A DNA stretch of 64,000 bases from Octopus sinensis (GCF_006345805.1 NC_043002.1:72726001-72790000); one strand, 5' to 3'; counted from the stretch's first letter, positions 25,119 through 37,480 are shown. The notes: generated by a model from the letters alone, not told the origin. Numbers and translations are program-made.

Positions 25119-26751
25119 ATAGGAGAAGGAAAGATCCAGAGAAGGAAAGACAGAGGAAAAAAAATCGCCAACAGTACACACGAGGTCACATTATACATAC
25201 ATATATATATATTATATATATATATATACATATATATATGCCAGTGTCACATAACAGGCACCCTTCAAACATTGGGCCTCATGGAGGAGATAAGTGACCA
25301 AGATCTTTGGCGATATTCTATGCTTGTGAAGACCCATCAAGTGAAATCATAGTTGTAGTCAAATGCCAGTATCAGATGACTGGCACCCATTGCACTTTTG
25401 GAATGGATGGCGCTAGGAAGAGCATCCATCCATAAAAACCATGCCAAATCAGACTGGAACCTGGTGCAGCTCTCCAGCTTACCAGTTTTCTGTCAAACCA
25501 TCTACATGGAAAGCAGATGCTAAATGATGATGGTGTTCTTAACAGTCACTACTCATTATTCACACACGCAATACATTTACATAGACAATCAGATGAGGCG
25601 ATAAAATACTATCAATTTTCTTAAATAATTTTGGCTCAGATCTATAGTTCTATGGGTTAACATAGAACACAATACACAGACAGTAAGACGAACACATCTC
25701 TTGACATCACTGCTGCAATCAGCCTTAAATTGTCACGTGACTACCTCATGCACTTCAATTTACACCCATACCCTCACAGTCCTCATAAGTGTTCACATAA
25801 AGGAAATTGCACTTTCTCTCTTGAGTAGAGACGCAAGCATTCTCAAGTAGTAGACATATTCTTAAATGTAATGATGTAAATATTTTATTTTACATCATCC
25901 TATTGCATTTCATTTTCTGTGCCTGTATTTATATATTATATATATATTAGCCTTGATATTAACTCTCACGCGACTCTGCATCTTTCTTTCTTTCTCTCCC
26001 ATTCCCTTTTTCGTCTTTTTTCCCTCACTTAACTTGTCTTTTCCTCTCTCTCTCATTCTTCATTCTCTCTCTCCCTTTCACCATTCTTCATGGTCTCCTC
26101 GCACCATTCCCCTTCTTCTCTCTCTTCCTCTTGCTCCTCCTCCCCCATTCCCGTCGTCCATCTGCGACGATACTTCCGTCGTAACTGCTATCCTGTCTTT
26201 TCTCGCCCGCCTTCTAAGGCTACTGGTCGACATTTTTTCTCTCTCGTCGTCCACTATAATCCAGCGTTTGCAATACTTTTTTCGTCTGGCGTTAACAGCC
26301 CTTCTTATCTTGTTCTCCTTGTCCTGTCTCTCACTGTTATATATTTATTTTTCCACTGTTTATATATATATTTTTTACTGTTTATATGTTTGTTCTGTCG
26401 TTACCGTCTTGCTTTTTTTTTTTTTTTACCCCTCTGCGAAAAGATCTCAGAATTTTAATTGATTTGCTTTTCGCAGGAAGGAAGTTTTCTTCGAAGTATA
26501 CGTCTCGCTTTTATCCTTCGAAACGTTTAGTAGATGAAACCTTAGCGACTGAAGAAGGGGATTTTTCGTTGTGCTTATTGTCCTGTATCTCTTTTTTTGC
26601 TTGTCTTGTTCCTTGGTTTGTGTCTATGTTTTTCGTCTCTCTATGTGTTCGACGTCTTTTTGGTGTCCTGTACACATATATGCGTGTATATGTACATGTA
26701 GAGTAGGTACGTACATATATGTTTATATATATGCATATGTTCTATTTTATT

Positions 26752-26808
<57 letters not shown>

Positions 26809-27052
26809 ATAAAACAAAGGGGAAAATTCCTTCATTTCTTCTAACTAACCTTATTATTATTTCTAATATACTATCCTGTACATTACCAAAAATGTTTTAT
26901 TCATATACATATATATATATTTAAAAAAGCATACAGGTACACATATACATTAATACACAAATAGGTCCATATATAGATACATTCAAGTACACTTGATACA
27001 ATATACATATATGAGAAAGTTTTTGACGAGTACTACCAGATTACTTGAATCC

Positions 27053-27097
<45 letters not shown>

Positions 27098-27153
27098 TAT
27101 ATATATACACGCACACACATATATACATATATATATATATACACACATATATT

Positions 27154-27194
<41 letters not shown>

Positions 27195-27288
27195 CATATG
27201 TATACATATACACATACATAGATATATAGACATATATATACACATACATGCATATATATATGCATACATATATATATACACATACATA

Positions 27289-28534
27289 CAGGGTATGATG
27301 GGTAAATTGTTGCCATTTTATATTTTTAATTTCATACATGCACACTGTTTCTGATTTTGTCAACTACACAGTAAAGTGGGGTCAGTTGGGCACTGTCTGT
27401 CAGAAATTTGGAAATGACGTGCTGCAGTGCTTGGCATTCACACTGGAAGCTCTAATATGAACATTTCAGAGTGTTTGAGTGTCAATCTGAGGACAGTGCA
27501 GAGGATTCAGAAAGAGTTGGATGAGTCTAATGGTGATTATGAAGGTACAACAGCTCGGAAAACTCACTCTGATCATTCTAATAAGAAAAGAACTCCTGAA
27601 TTTGTTGGTATGATACAGGCCGTGATTGACATTGATCCCTCCAAGTCAATCAGGTCCATCACCAGGGACATAGTGAGTTTCTTATCAGGCAGGTAGTGCA
27701 TGAAGACACCCGGTATTCCTCATACAAAATGAGAAAGGGCCAATTTTTATCCCAAGCCATCAAGGACAAGAGGAAAGACTGCACTATGACGCTTTTGAAC
27801 AAACTCAAGCATCCCCCCCAACTGAACATACTTCGGTTTTTCTTACACGAGAGGAATTTCTGCCAGGATCAGATGGTGAACACACAGAATGACTGTTGGA
27901 TTTCTGTGTCCCTAAAACATGCGCCAAAAGTGATAAAAAAATCAAACATCGAGTCAACATCATAGTGTTTGGAGTGATCACTATTGATGGCGACGTTATG
28001 CCTCCATTCATCTACCCACAAGGCCTCAAACTCAACATGGAAGCCTACACCAAGTGCCTGGAGGAGGTAGTGCTGCCCTGGGTCAAGAGGGTGGCTGCTG
28101 AAAGACCCTATGTCTGGCAGCAGGACTCTGCACCATGCCACACAAGCAGGAGAACACAGTCATGGCTGTCAGACAATTTCTGTGATCCCTTCACCCCTAA
28201 CATCTGGCCACCTAACGCCCCAGATTGCAACCCCCTTGATTATTATGTGTGGGGTGCAGTTGAGTGAGAGACCAACAAATCTGTTTGTAACACCAAAGAT
28301 GAACTGAAGGCATTCACCAACTTAAACAAAGAGACTGTCCAGAAGAACTGCAGGAGATTCCAAAGTTGTCTGGAGACTGAGGTTGAAGTCAATGGTGACT
28401 TTATTGAATAAATTTACTCTTTAGTATTTCAAGATATTTTTATGTAATTTTGGTAAATATATCTGTTAAAATGAGATGTCAGTGTTGTTTTCGTTTTCGC
28501 GTAATTTGGATGACAATTTATTCACCGCACCCTG
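27289..28534 (+). mobile_element. Degraded maT/DD37D (Tc1-mariner superfamily) transposon
   Basis: QQDSAPCH...WPPNAPDCNPLDYYVWG with 37 residues between the 2nd and 3rd Asp; imperfect CAGGGT TIRs; multiple frameshifts. Confidence 0.85.
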
Positions 28535-28699
28535 TGTGTGTGTATGCATATATATATATGAATTAGTTAATCAATTTAATCAATCAATCCATTCGATCAC
28601 AGTACCAGTAACAGTTAAGCTTCGTGCAATGGCCATACTCGATAATGAGGGGCAGCCATAATATATATATATGTGTGAGTGTGTATATATATATATATA

Positions 28700-28894
28700 G
28701 TTCACAGGTGTTTGTATAGAAGATACTTAGTAGTGCGCAAAAAATTCAAACTTTACTCCAAAGTCTTTACAGGCTTCATTCCACAAGGTAAAGAAAGGCT
28801 AAAAGATGGATCAAGTTGAGCAGGTATAGAGGGAATTATGAGGATAAACAATTTAGACACATCAAATGTTTAATTTGTTCATTCACATAACTGC

Positions 28895-28932
<38 letters not shown>
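28700..28932 (+). mobile_element. Penelope-like element 3' end, inverted relative to 31271-31510
   Basis: 28776-28932 is a close reverse complement of 31271-31430; weaker similarity continues outward. Confidence 0.6.
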
Positions 28933-28933
<1 letters not shown>

Positions 28934-29184
28934 AAGTATTGTTTCTTAAATTATTCTTATTACCCTCCCCGAATACACATGAATCTAATTTTAAAATTTT
29001 ATAACGATATTCATGTCTTCATGAAACTCACACGTTGACGTGTTTCTCGGCTCGCACACACACACACACACACACATATATATTCTCACTTGCTCTTTTT
29101 CTAACCCGGTCTTTATTTTATAATGGCTTTTTTCCCCCATTTAAAACAGATGTTAGAAAATATATAAAGATCCATATATAGACA
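28932..29184 (+). repeat. Local direct duplicate of 33131-33390 (EIF4B intron 1)
   Basis: Near-identical ~255-bp sequence; the differences are mainly microsatellite length and a few substitutions. Confidence 0.9.
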
Positions 29185-29485
29185 CATACATATATATAAC
29201 TGAAAGAGCTATTAAAAGCTTCATGCTTTTATGATACTTTAACTAGGCATATTATAAAATATGCAATGTATCTCCAAACAATCTTTCAGGCTCTGTTTAT
29301 GCGTTAGATATATTTAACAAAAAACAAAAACAAAACAAGAATGCTGGACAGAGAGAAAATGAGAAGAGCATGAAGAAAAAGGGGTGAAGGAAGTTGATGC
29401 AAAAAATGGAACAAAAAGAAACAAAAGCAAGAAAACCAAGATCCCTGTCCTCCTCGATTCCAGAAACTACAATTAATGCAGCTGG

Positions 29486-31160
29486 TATACTTTGATACTT
29501 TGATAGGTTTCGGCCATTATTGGCCCAGGCCATGTCTAACTTAATAGCACCACCTGGTGAAGTCTTTCAAGTCAGAATTTGGGCACTATGGCCCACTCAA
29601 GTAGAGAGTTATTGTTTACAGAGACATATCCGGGTGTAGGGGGTTTATCCGGGATTTCTTGAAGGAATCTGTCCAAAGACTTCTTGAACCCTATAGGGTC
29701 TGTTTCTGTTTTAATGTGTTTTGGTGTAATGTTAAAGAGAGCGGGGCCAATTGAGGTGAAATAATTGTGCCGTATTGTTGTTATGAGATGAGAGTGCGAT
29801 TTTTGTTTTGGGCGGATGGCACGGGGCCCAAGCCTTGGATGTACCTTAAAGGTGATGCCAACATCATTTGGGCAATGCTGATGGAATATTTTCCACATCA
29901 TGCAGATGTTGTAGCGCTCACGACGACGTTGGAGAGAATAAAGTTTTAGCTTTTCTAGTCGACCCCAATAGTCGAGGCCTGTCATGCCATCTATCTTTTT
30001 TGTGATTGCCCTTTGAGGTGCTTCAACTTTTATGATACTTTGTTTTGTGTGGGGAGACCACAGTGGACAACAGTATTCAAGGTGGGGTCGGGCAAAAGTG
30101 GAGAAGAGAAGGATAATGGTGTGGATATCTCTCGACTGGAAAGTTCTGAGAATCCAGGAACACACTCTGCGGGCCATGTCAACTTTGGTGTTTATATGAG
30201 TGGCCCAGCTTATGTTGTTGTCCACTATTACTCCCAAGTCTCTGATGTTGTTGGATGCCATGAGAGTTTCACCTGAAGGAAGGGAGTATGGGAGTTTCAG
30301 GGCATTCTCTTTTCCAAAGTGGATTAACTCAAATTTATCCTCGTTCAGCAGCATATTGTTTTTTTCTGCCCATTGGATAACAGCCAGTAGATCTGACTCA
30401 AGGCATGTCCGGTCACTCGCCTCATTTATGACCTTCTGTAGCTTGGAATCATCTGCAAAGATTTTTATGTTGCTGTGCTTGATGATGTCATTAATGTAGA
30501 TGATGAAAAGAAGTGGGCCCAGCACAGTGCCTTGCGGAACGCCACTACTGACTTTGGCTGGGCTTGATTTTACCCCTTCAACTACAACATGTTGAGATCT
30601 GTCTGTCAGGAAACACTTGATCCATTTCAGTAACTTTCCAGAGACACCAATGTTGGATGGTTTTTTCAATAGGATCTTGTGATCAACCCTGTCGAAGGCC
30701 TTACTGAAATCAAAGTAGATGACATCGGTGTTGGAGCCCTCTCCCAAAGCTCTCAAAATGTCATCAAAGTGATGCAGGAGCTGCGTTAGGCAGTCCCTTC
30801 CATTACGGAACCCATGTTGGTTAGAGATCAGCCGTCTGTTGCTTTCCAGAAATTGGGTTATTCGAGATCTCACCACCCTCTCAAATACCTTGATGATATG
30901 AGAGGTGAGTGAGATCGGACGGTAGTTCACTGCAAGGGACATGTTTCCCTTTTTGAAAACTGGGACAGAAGGTTTTTTGGAATATAGCCAGCATCCAGTG
31001 AGTTTCTCCACAGATTAGCAAGGGGAGATGCAAGTTGGTGTCGACACACCTTCAGGACACAAGCAGGGAACCTATCGGGGCCTACTGCTGAATTGTGTTT
31101 TATTTCGTTTATCGCCGCTAAGACATCAGGAGCACCAAACGTATAGAACAGAATAACAGA
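29486..31160 (-). mobile_element. CR1-clade LINE, 5'-truncated, with a long open RT frame (ORF 29572-31011)
   Basis: NYRPISLTS, QHGFR, DFSKAFD, SGVPQGTVLGPLLF, FADD, HLEYCCPLWSPH. Frameshift near 30960; (ATCAAAGT)2 short-repeat tail at ~29486-29505; no endonuclease domain. Confidence 0.9.
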
Positions 31161-31270
31161 AAATATGTCAAAGTCTGCAAAAGAGCAACTCAGTCCAAAG
31201 TGCATGTTATCTCTCACTGGATGGAGTGATTTTTCATTGAGTTGACTCTACCTATACTGGGTCTATAAAC

Positions 31271-31311
<41 letters not shown>

Positions 31312-31770
31312 GCAATTATGCAGATGAACAAATTAAACATTTGATGTGTCTAATTTGTTTATCCACATAATTGCCTCTATACCCGCTCAACTTGATCCAT
31401 CTTATAGCCTTTCTTTACCTTGTGGAATGACCCCCTATAAAGACAATGGAGTTTAAGTTATGCCTATGTTTGCACCTGCTAAAAATTTCAGATCTGGAAT
31501 TAAACACTGTGTTGGAATTCTTGGGCCTAAGAAGAATATGAGATCTTTCTACTCAGCATTAGTTGCATTTTTTAGATCCATTAATATATGTCTAGGAATT
31601 CTCCATTTGATTGAATGTGGTGTGGACTTGGTCTTTAAATTCTATGTTACTAACCAACACAGTTGCATTACTTTCGTTGAATACTGGAAAGAAGACAGGT
31701 GGTTTGCACAAGGTTTTTTTTTAAATTGTCTTCACAAAATGGATCTAAGAAGTGCAACTCATGCGTAGCA
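31271..31770 (-). mobile_element. Penelope-like element 3' end
   Basis: Minus frames SIKWRI..., NGSKKCN*C*VERSHILL...FNSRSEIFSRCKHRHN resemble the PLE endonuclease C-terminus; ends in a (CT)n(AT)n tract. Confidence 0.6.
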
Positions 31771-31940
31771 GAAAGATCTGATGTAAACAAACCAAGACAG
31801 GTTTCTTTTAGATTTTATCTATCAAGTCTATAAGTCTTTGGTTGACCCATGGTTATAGCAGAAGACACTAGCCCACGGTGTCATACAGTTAGATTGAACC
31901 CACAACTATATGGTTGGTAAGGAAAATTTACTACACAAGC

Positions 31941-31978
<38 letters not shown>

Positions 31979-32748
31979 AGGTGTGTGTGTGCACGCGTGT
32001 GTATGTGAGTTTCCTTGAATTTATATCACGTGATAGTTGTCAACGAATGTCCCCGGTGTGTAAACGATGTTCTTCGTTTCCAGTCTTCTGTGAAAGCATG
32101 TCTGGCCATGGGAAATATTACCCTACTTGAAACAGTTGAAGGTTGGCGACAAGAAGGGTATCCATCTGTAGAAAATCCGCCTCAACAAAATTCTATCCAA
32201 CCCATGTGAGCATGAAAAAATAATAAAATGATGACGATGATGATAATGATCTTTGTCCCCCCTCTCTCTCTATATATATATAGAGATAGATTGTTAGATA
32301 GATGTATATAACATGTGGGATGGGTGTATGTATACGTATTATATATCATATATACATATAAATTTACATGATATATACGAGATACATATACCATATGCAT
32401 ATCATAAATATCCGATATATATATATATATCAAACATCCGTAAAATTAATGTTATTTGTGTATATATATATATATATAGATATATACATATACACACACA
32501 CATAACATTAATTTTACGGATGTTTGATTGTATGATGGCCGTAACCAGTGGTAACAGAGAACAAATACAAGTAGAATTATATTGCTTTAAATTTGGAAGA
32601 AAAATCACCGTCTTCTATGGATATAATTACACCCAATTAGAAGAAAATATAACACATATGAAATACACACATATATTTATATATAAGTACACGATTTGAC
32701 AATATACTTATTCCTGTCCTATTTTACAAATATTAAAAAGTTGTTTAC

Positions 32749-32751
32749 CAT
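32749..32751 (-). CDS. LZTFL1: LZTFL1 coding exon 1 (ATG only)
   Basis: Minus strand reads ...ggcgctacgATG|gtaaac. Phase 0 matches exon 2, which has no Met of its own. Lies in the CpG-containing region next to the EIF4B start. Confidence 0.7.
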
Positions 32752-33005
32752 CGTAGCGCCGATTGTCCTGCCGGAAATCAATGCTTAGAATTGTTACGAG
32801 ACTACACACAGTTAGTCATGTGTTGCGTTAAAAATCATTATTTTAAATTCTTCGTTCTAAATATTTTAGAAATATTTATTTTACTATCCTAACTATATTT
32901 TATTGATAATGATCGTATATTTAGACGATTTTTCAGGAAAAATTAATATTTAAGATTTTTTTTTTAGTTGGAGGCTAGCATATTCCGGGCGTGGACAGTG
33001 ATAAA
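32752..33005. promoter_or_regulatory. Bidirectional promoter / 5'UTRs shared by LZTFL1 and EIF4B
   Basis: 254 bp between divergent ATGs. ETS-like CCGGAA cores at 32771-32776 (+) and 32983-32988 (-). A YY1/TISU-like AAAATGGCTGC overlaps the EIF4B ATG. Confidence 0.75.
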
Positions 33006-33018
33006 ATGGCTGCTTCGG
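33006..33018 (+). CDS. EIF4B: EIF4B coding exon 1 (MAAS-G)
   Basis: ATG GCT GCT TCG G|gtaagt; 13 nt, phase 1, joins exon 2 in frame. Confidence 0.9.
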
Positions 33019-33253
33019 GTAAGTGCATGCTTGTGCCTTCTTAAAAGTAGTCTGATTTTTTTTTTAAAGAGAGAAGTGTTTTATTATTTGCTTGTTTCCC
33101 TTTTTGATAATCATCGACCATAATATTTCTTAAAGTATTGTTTCTTAAATTATTCTTATTACCCTCCCCGAATACACATGAATCTAATTTTAAAATTTTA
33201 TAACGATATTCATGTCTTCATGAAACCCACACGTTGACGTGTTTCTCGGCTCG

Positions 33254-33286
<33 letters not shown>

Positions 33287-36087
33287 TTATTCTCACTTGC
33301 TCTTTTTCTAACCCGGTCTTTATTTTATAACGGCTTTTTTCCCCATTTAAAACAGATGTTAGAAAATATATAAAGATCCATATATAGACAAAAAATATAT
33401 TCTTAAATCTCATTTCGAATCGTTTGATGCAAAAAATTTTTTCGTCCTTATTTGAGTAGCCAACAATTTTCGATTATCTAAAATTCGAAATTATATTTTT
33501 AAATGATAAATTGGATTTCTTAAGGCTTAAGTTATGATCTTAAAATTAAAAAAAATCTTTGGCTACTACTAGAAGTCGATGGTCTCACCTTTGGTGTTCG
33601 TGCAAAAAATAAAAAAAACCTAAAGCCCAATCGTCGTAGATTGCGGTTTAGTTCTTTTAGTAGACAGCTGTGCTAGTCTCTTGCAATTTCTAACTTTCTC
33701 GGTGCTCTAATAGTTACTTGCCTGCTATAATTACACAGATCACACGATCAGTTAACGAGTCTTCATTGTTATTAACTACCATTTCTTTATTTTAACTTTC
33801 GGTGAGGGGAGATATTTTATAATTCGAGAATCCTCACTTTGATAAACTAACGAAGCTTCAGCAAAAATTATCCAACACTTCAATAATCCCTGAAAATAGT
33901 CTAACAAAATAATGATGGTTACCAGTTATTTTTGTTAACAATCTACGCGAACCTTCGCTTAAAAATCTCTTGTGAGCCTAAAAATATTTCAGATATTCAT
34001 AATGCCTGCATTTTTGTGAAAACCTTTTCCAATACCATTAATTGTTGCTCTTGTATCACAATCTTCTTTTCCCTCGTTTTAAACATTCCATTATATACTA
34101 CTTAATGCTTTTGCGTGTTGACTTTTCAACATTATATGCCTCAGATTTAGTGGCTTCCCTCTACACACACTTTTAACTTCATTCCGATGGCGTTTACTTG
34201 TAACTTGCGTGTGACATCAATCCATGGCTTTCTCCAATTGAAAACGATGATATTATTCTGCTGACTCTCTTCTAACATTGGCGTCGATTTCAGAGTTTTA
34301 TTCTGTCGGATGTAATCTATTTACAGTCAACTAACTAGCTCAAAACATATTATCGACTATGGACTAGTTTTTAATCGCTTCAGATTTGTTCAGCGCAATT
34401 TGGCAACTTAATACAACAAATACTTATGATTGCATCAAAAACTGATGACGTTCATGATAAAGAGTGAGGTTATTAAGCTTTTATAGGTTACACAGTACAA
34501 TAAATATATTCTGGCATTGCCTTCAAGTTTTCTTTGTTCTTTAACTTAATTTATATATTTGATAAAATTTTATCACCTCGTTCAAAGAAAGACTAACGTT
34601 AAATATATATTGACCAAACCGTTTTTTTTTTTTTCATCTGAATCTTGTATTGTGATTCTATTTATAGTGGCCTGTATGTAAGTTAGGAGCTAAAACTATA
34701 TAACTAAATAAGAAGGGGGACAGGTAATGAAATATCTCCCGCCTGTTCTAATCTGTCACTTCTAACTTGTGTTAGTTTCGGCAACGAGGGAATCGGAGTC
34801 TCTCTCTCCTTACCCTTGATCTTCTTCGCTTTCCTCCTCTCTCCCACTAACTCTCCTGTCGTTTTTCGCGGAAAAAAAAATAATGGCGGAAATTTTCTTT
34901 TCTATGACACGTGTTCCCGATTAGCATTGCAATATAAAGCTATTAATATTTGTATTTTATTAATATTATTATTGTTGTAAATCTTGAAGTAATTCAGTTA
35001 ATTTGTTCCGTTGTTGTTATTTTAGCTTTATTAGTCGAGATAAAACCTAGCGTATGGCATTACGCTTCATGTTAGAACAGTTCCAACAATAAATCGTGGT
35101 GAAATGTGACCACCAAATGAACTTATACTTTGTCTGGTGTATCTATTTAATGCTATACAGTATTGTATTTGACAAAACAGAAGTTAAAATGTAACCTACT
35201 TTATGTATATCGGTTATGATAGCAACGTGTAATATGTTGACTTTTGTTTAATGAAGGATTTTAAGTTCATTAAGATTTCTTGTTACATTTCGATGAAGAT
35301 ACATGGTTTAAATTCATATTCATCGTTTACTTATTTTTATTTTATTTTTCACATGTTTCAGTAGACCTTCATTTCAAATTGAATTATACAATTCAATCCC
35401 TTTTCAAGGCATGAATCATTCAAAACTCAGGAGCGGATGTTTGTTGGTTCTTGATAGTTTCATAGAAAACTAGTCTGGGTGATTATTCGTTGACATGACA
35501 ATTCTTTTAGGTTCGGGTATGTAAAGTAACCTTACCCCCCACCCTACCATCTCCAGATTTGGTTTGACTTAATAGTTTTGTGTTGTAAGAATCTCGTTTG
35601 ACAAGCGTCACCATTATTTTATTACATCATCTTAGTTAGCAAATAACCTGGCAAGTTTGAGTTTAGAGTAATCAAAATAAGTTTCAATTATCTAATTCCT
35701 TCCAAATATTTTTGGTAAAATTTTTAATACTTTCCCCCAAAACTTCCCGATGTTAATCTGTATGAATTTGGTCAACTGGTGCAAGTTCCATGTTCTCTCT
35801 AAATTTGCGATATTTCAGAAGAGTATCTTCGTAAATATTTTTATCAGTTCAGCAGTCACTAGAATAATCTGGGCCTGATATCGTGATAATTTAGTCATTA
35901 AGACAAACTTGGTTTTTAAAATTACTTTAAGAAAGCGCATATGTTAATTTCTAACACTAGTTTAGAGGCCACCTAAACAGCTTCTAGATGTCTTTCTAGT
36001 TAACGTTTATTTTTTCAATTTATCGATGGTTTCGCCTTGTTATTAATCTTCATTTATGCTCAAGGTTTCTGTAGAAGAAGAGCTTTA

Positions 36088-37208
36088 TCTGTTATGAGTT
36101 TAAGCTTGTTTCCCAACCACATGGTTCCGAGTTTAGTCCTACAGCGTGGCACCTTGGGCGAGTGTTTTCTGCTATACCCCCGAGCAGACCAAAACTTTGT
36201 GGATAGATTTGGTAGACAGAAACTGAAAGAAGCCCGTCGTATATATATATATATGTTTGTGTCTGTGTTTGTCAACCGATGCTGGTGTGTTTATGTCTCC
36301 GTAACTTAAGAATAAGCTCTAATCGGACAAAGAATAAGTCCTGGAGTCGAGTTCTTCGATTAAAACCCTTTAAGGCGGTGCTCCAGCATGGCTACAGTCA
36401 ACTGAGACAAAATAATAACAGAATGGCCATACAAGATAATGGAGGAGAAGAATTACAGCAGTGAATTGAATTCCTTTACACTAATTGGTAGATTTTTTTT
36501 TTTTTTTCAATATAAATAGTTGGGAAATGCTTGAGAAAGAAAATACTTCCAAATTATATAGATTGTAATGATTTTCAGAGTGACAGCAATGTTGAGTGAA
36601 ATGGAGCCATCAACCTTAGTGTCAGGGTAGTGGTAACATACAACTGCTAAATATTTTCCATAATGCAATTATTTCTATAGATACGATTTGAATTTGTTGC
36701 TGATAAAGATACCCAATATGGAAGTATTTGAAAGCTAATTGGAACCTTCTGACTGTCACTTGCTTAGAATTGTAATTAGTTTTTATCCTTCTAAAGCTAA
36801 TTCTCAGCATAGTTTAGGTTTAACTCTTCAGCATATAAACCAGTTTTATTGGGAGCAAGAGTGGCTGTGTGGTAAGAAACTTGGTTCCAACCCACTGCGT
36901 GGTACCTTGGGCAAGTGTCTTCTACTATAGCCTTGAGCCGACCAAAGCCTTGTGAGTGGATTTGGTAGGCGGAAACTGAAAGAAGCCCATTGTATATATG
37001 TGTGTTTATGTGTCTGTGTTTGTCACCACCAACATTGCTTGACAACCGATGCTGGTGTGTTTACATCACTGTAACTTAGCAGTTCGGCAAAAGAGACCGA
37101 TAGAATAAGTACTAGGCTTCCAAAGAATAAGTCTTGTGGTCGATTTGCTTGACTAAAGGCAGTGCTCCAGCATGACCACAGTCAAATTACTGAAACAAGT
37201 AAAAGAGT
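36088..37208 (+). mobile_element. Two SINE family A copies (36088-36405, 36857-37208)
   Basis: Both match the family A body and tail. Confidence 0.75.
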
Positions 37209-37480
37209 ATCTGATCTAAATATTCTACTTGTTTTTATGTTCAAACCAACCAGATCTGGCCTCACATACCTACTCTACAATGTCATTCTAAAAATAAAAC
37301 AATCACATCATCAAAATCTCAAAGCTGTTAGATTGTGTATGCTTAATTCGAACCATTGTGAACAAATATGCATTACATTTGACAGTAATTTGAATGTTAA
37401 AGGGTTAATATATATCAAACACATCCAAAATAATAATTTTCTAAGCAAAACAGGCAAACAACACAAGCTATAAAGACCTA

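Noticed and set aside
25953-26462. 169-aa hydrophobic ORF
   Set aside because: Low-complexity pyrimidine-rich sequence within a probable retroelement remnant; no domain or splice support.
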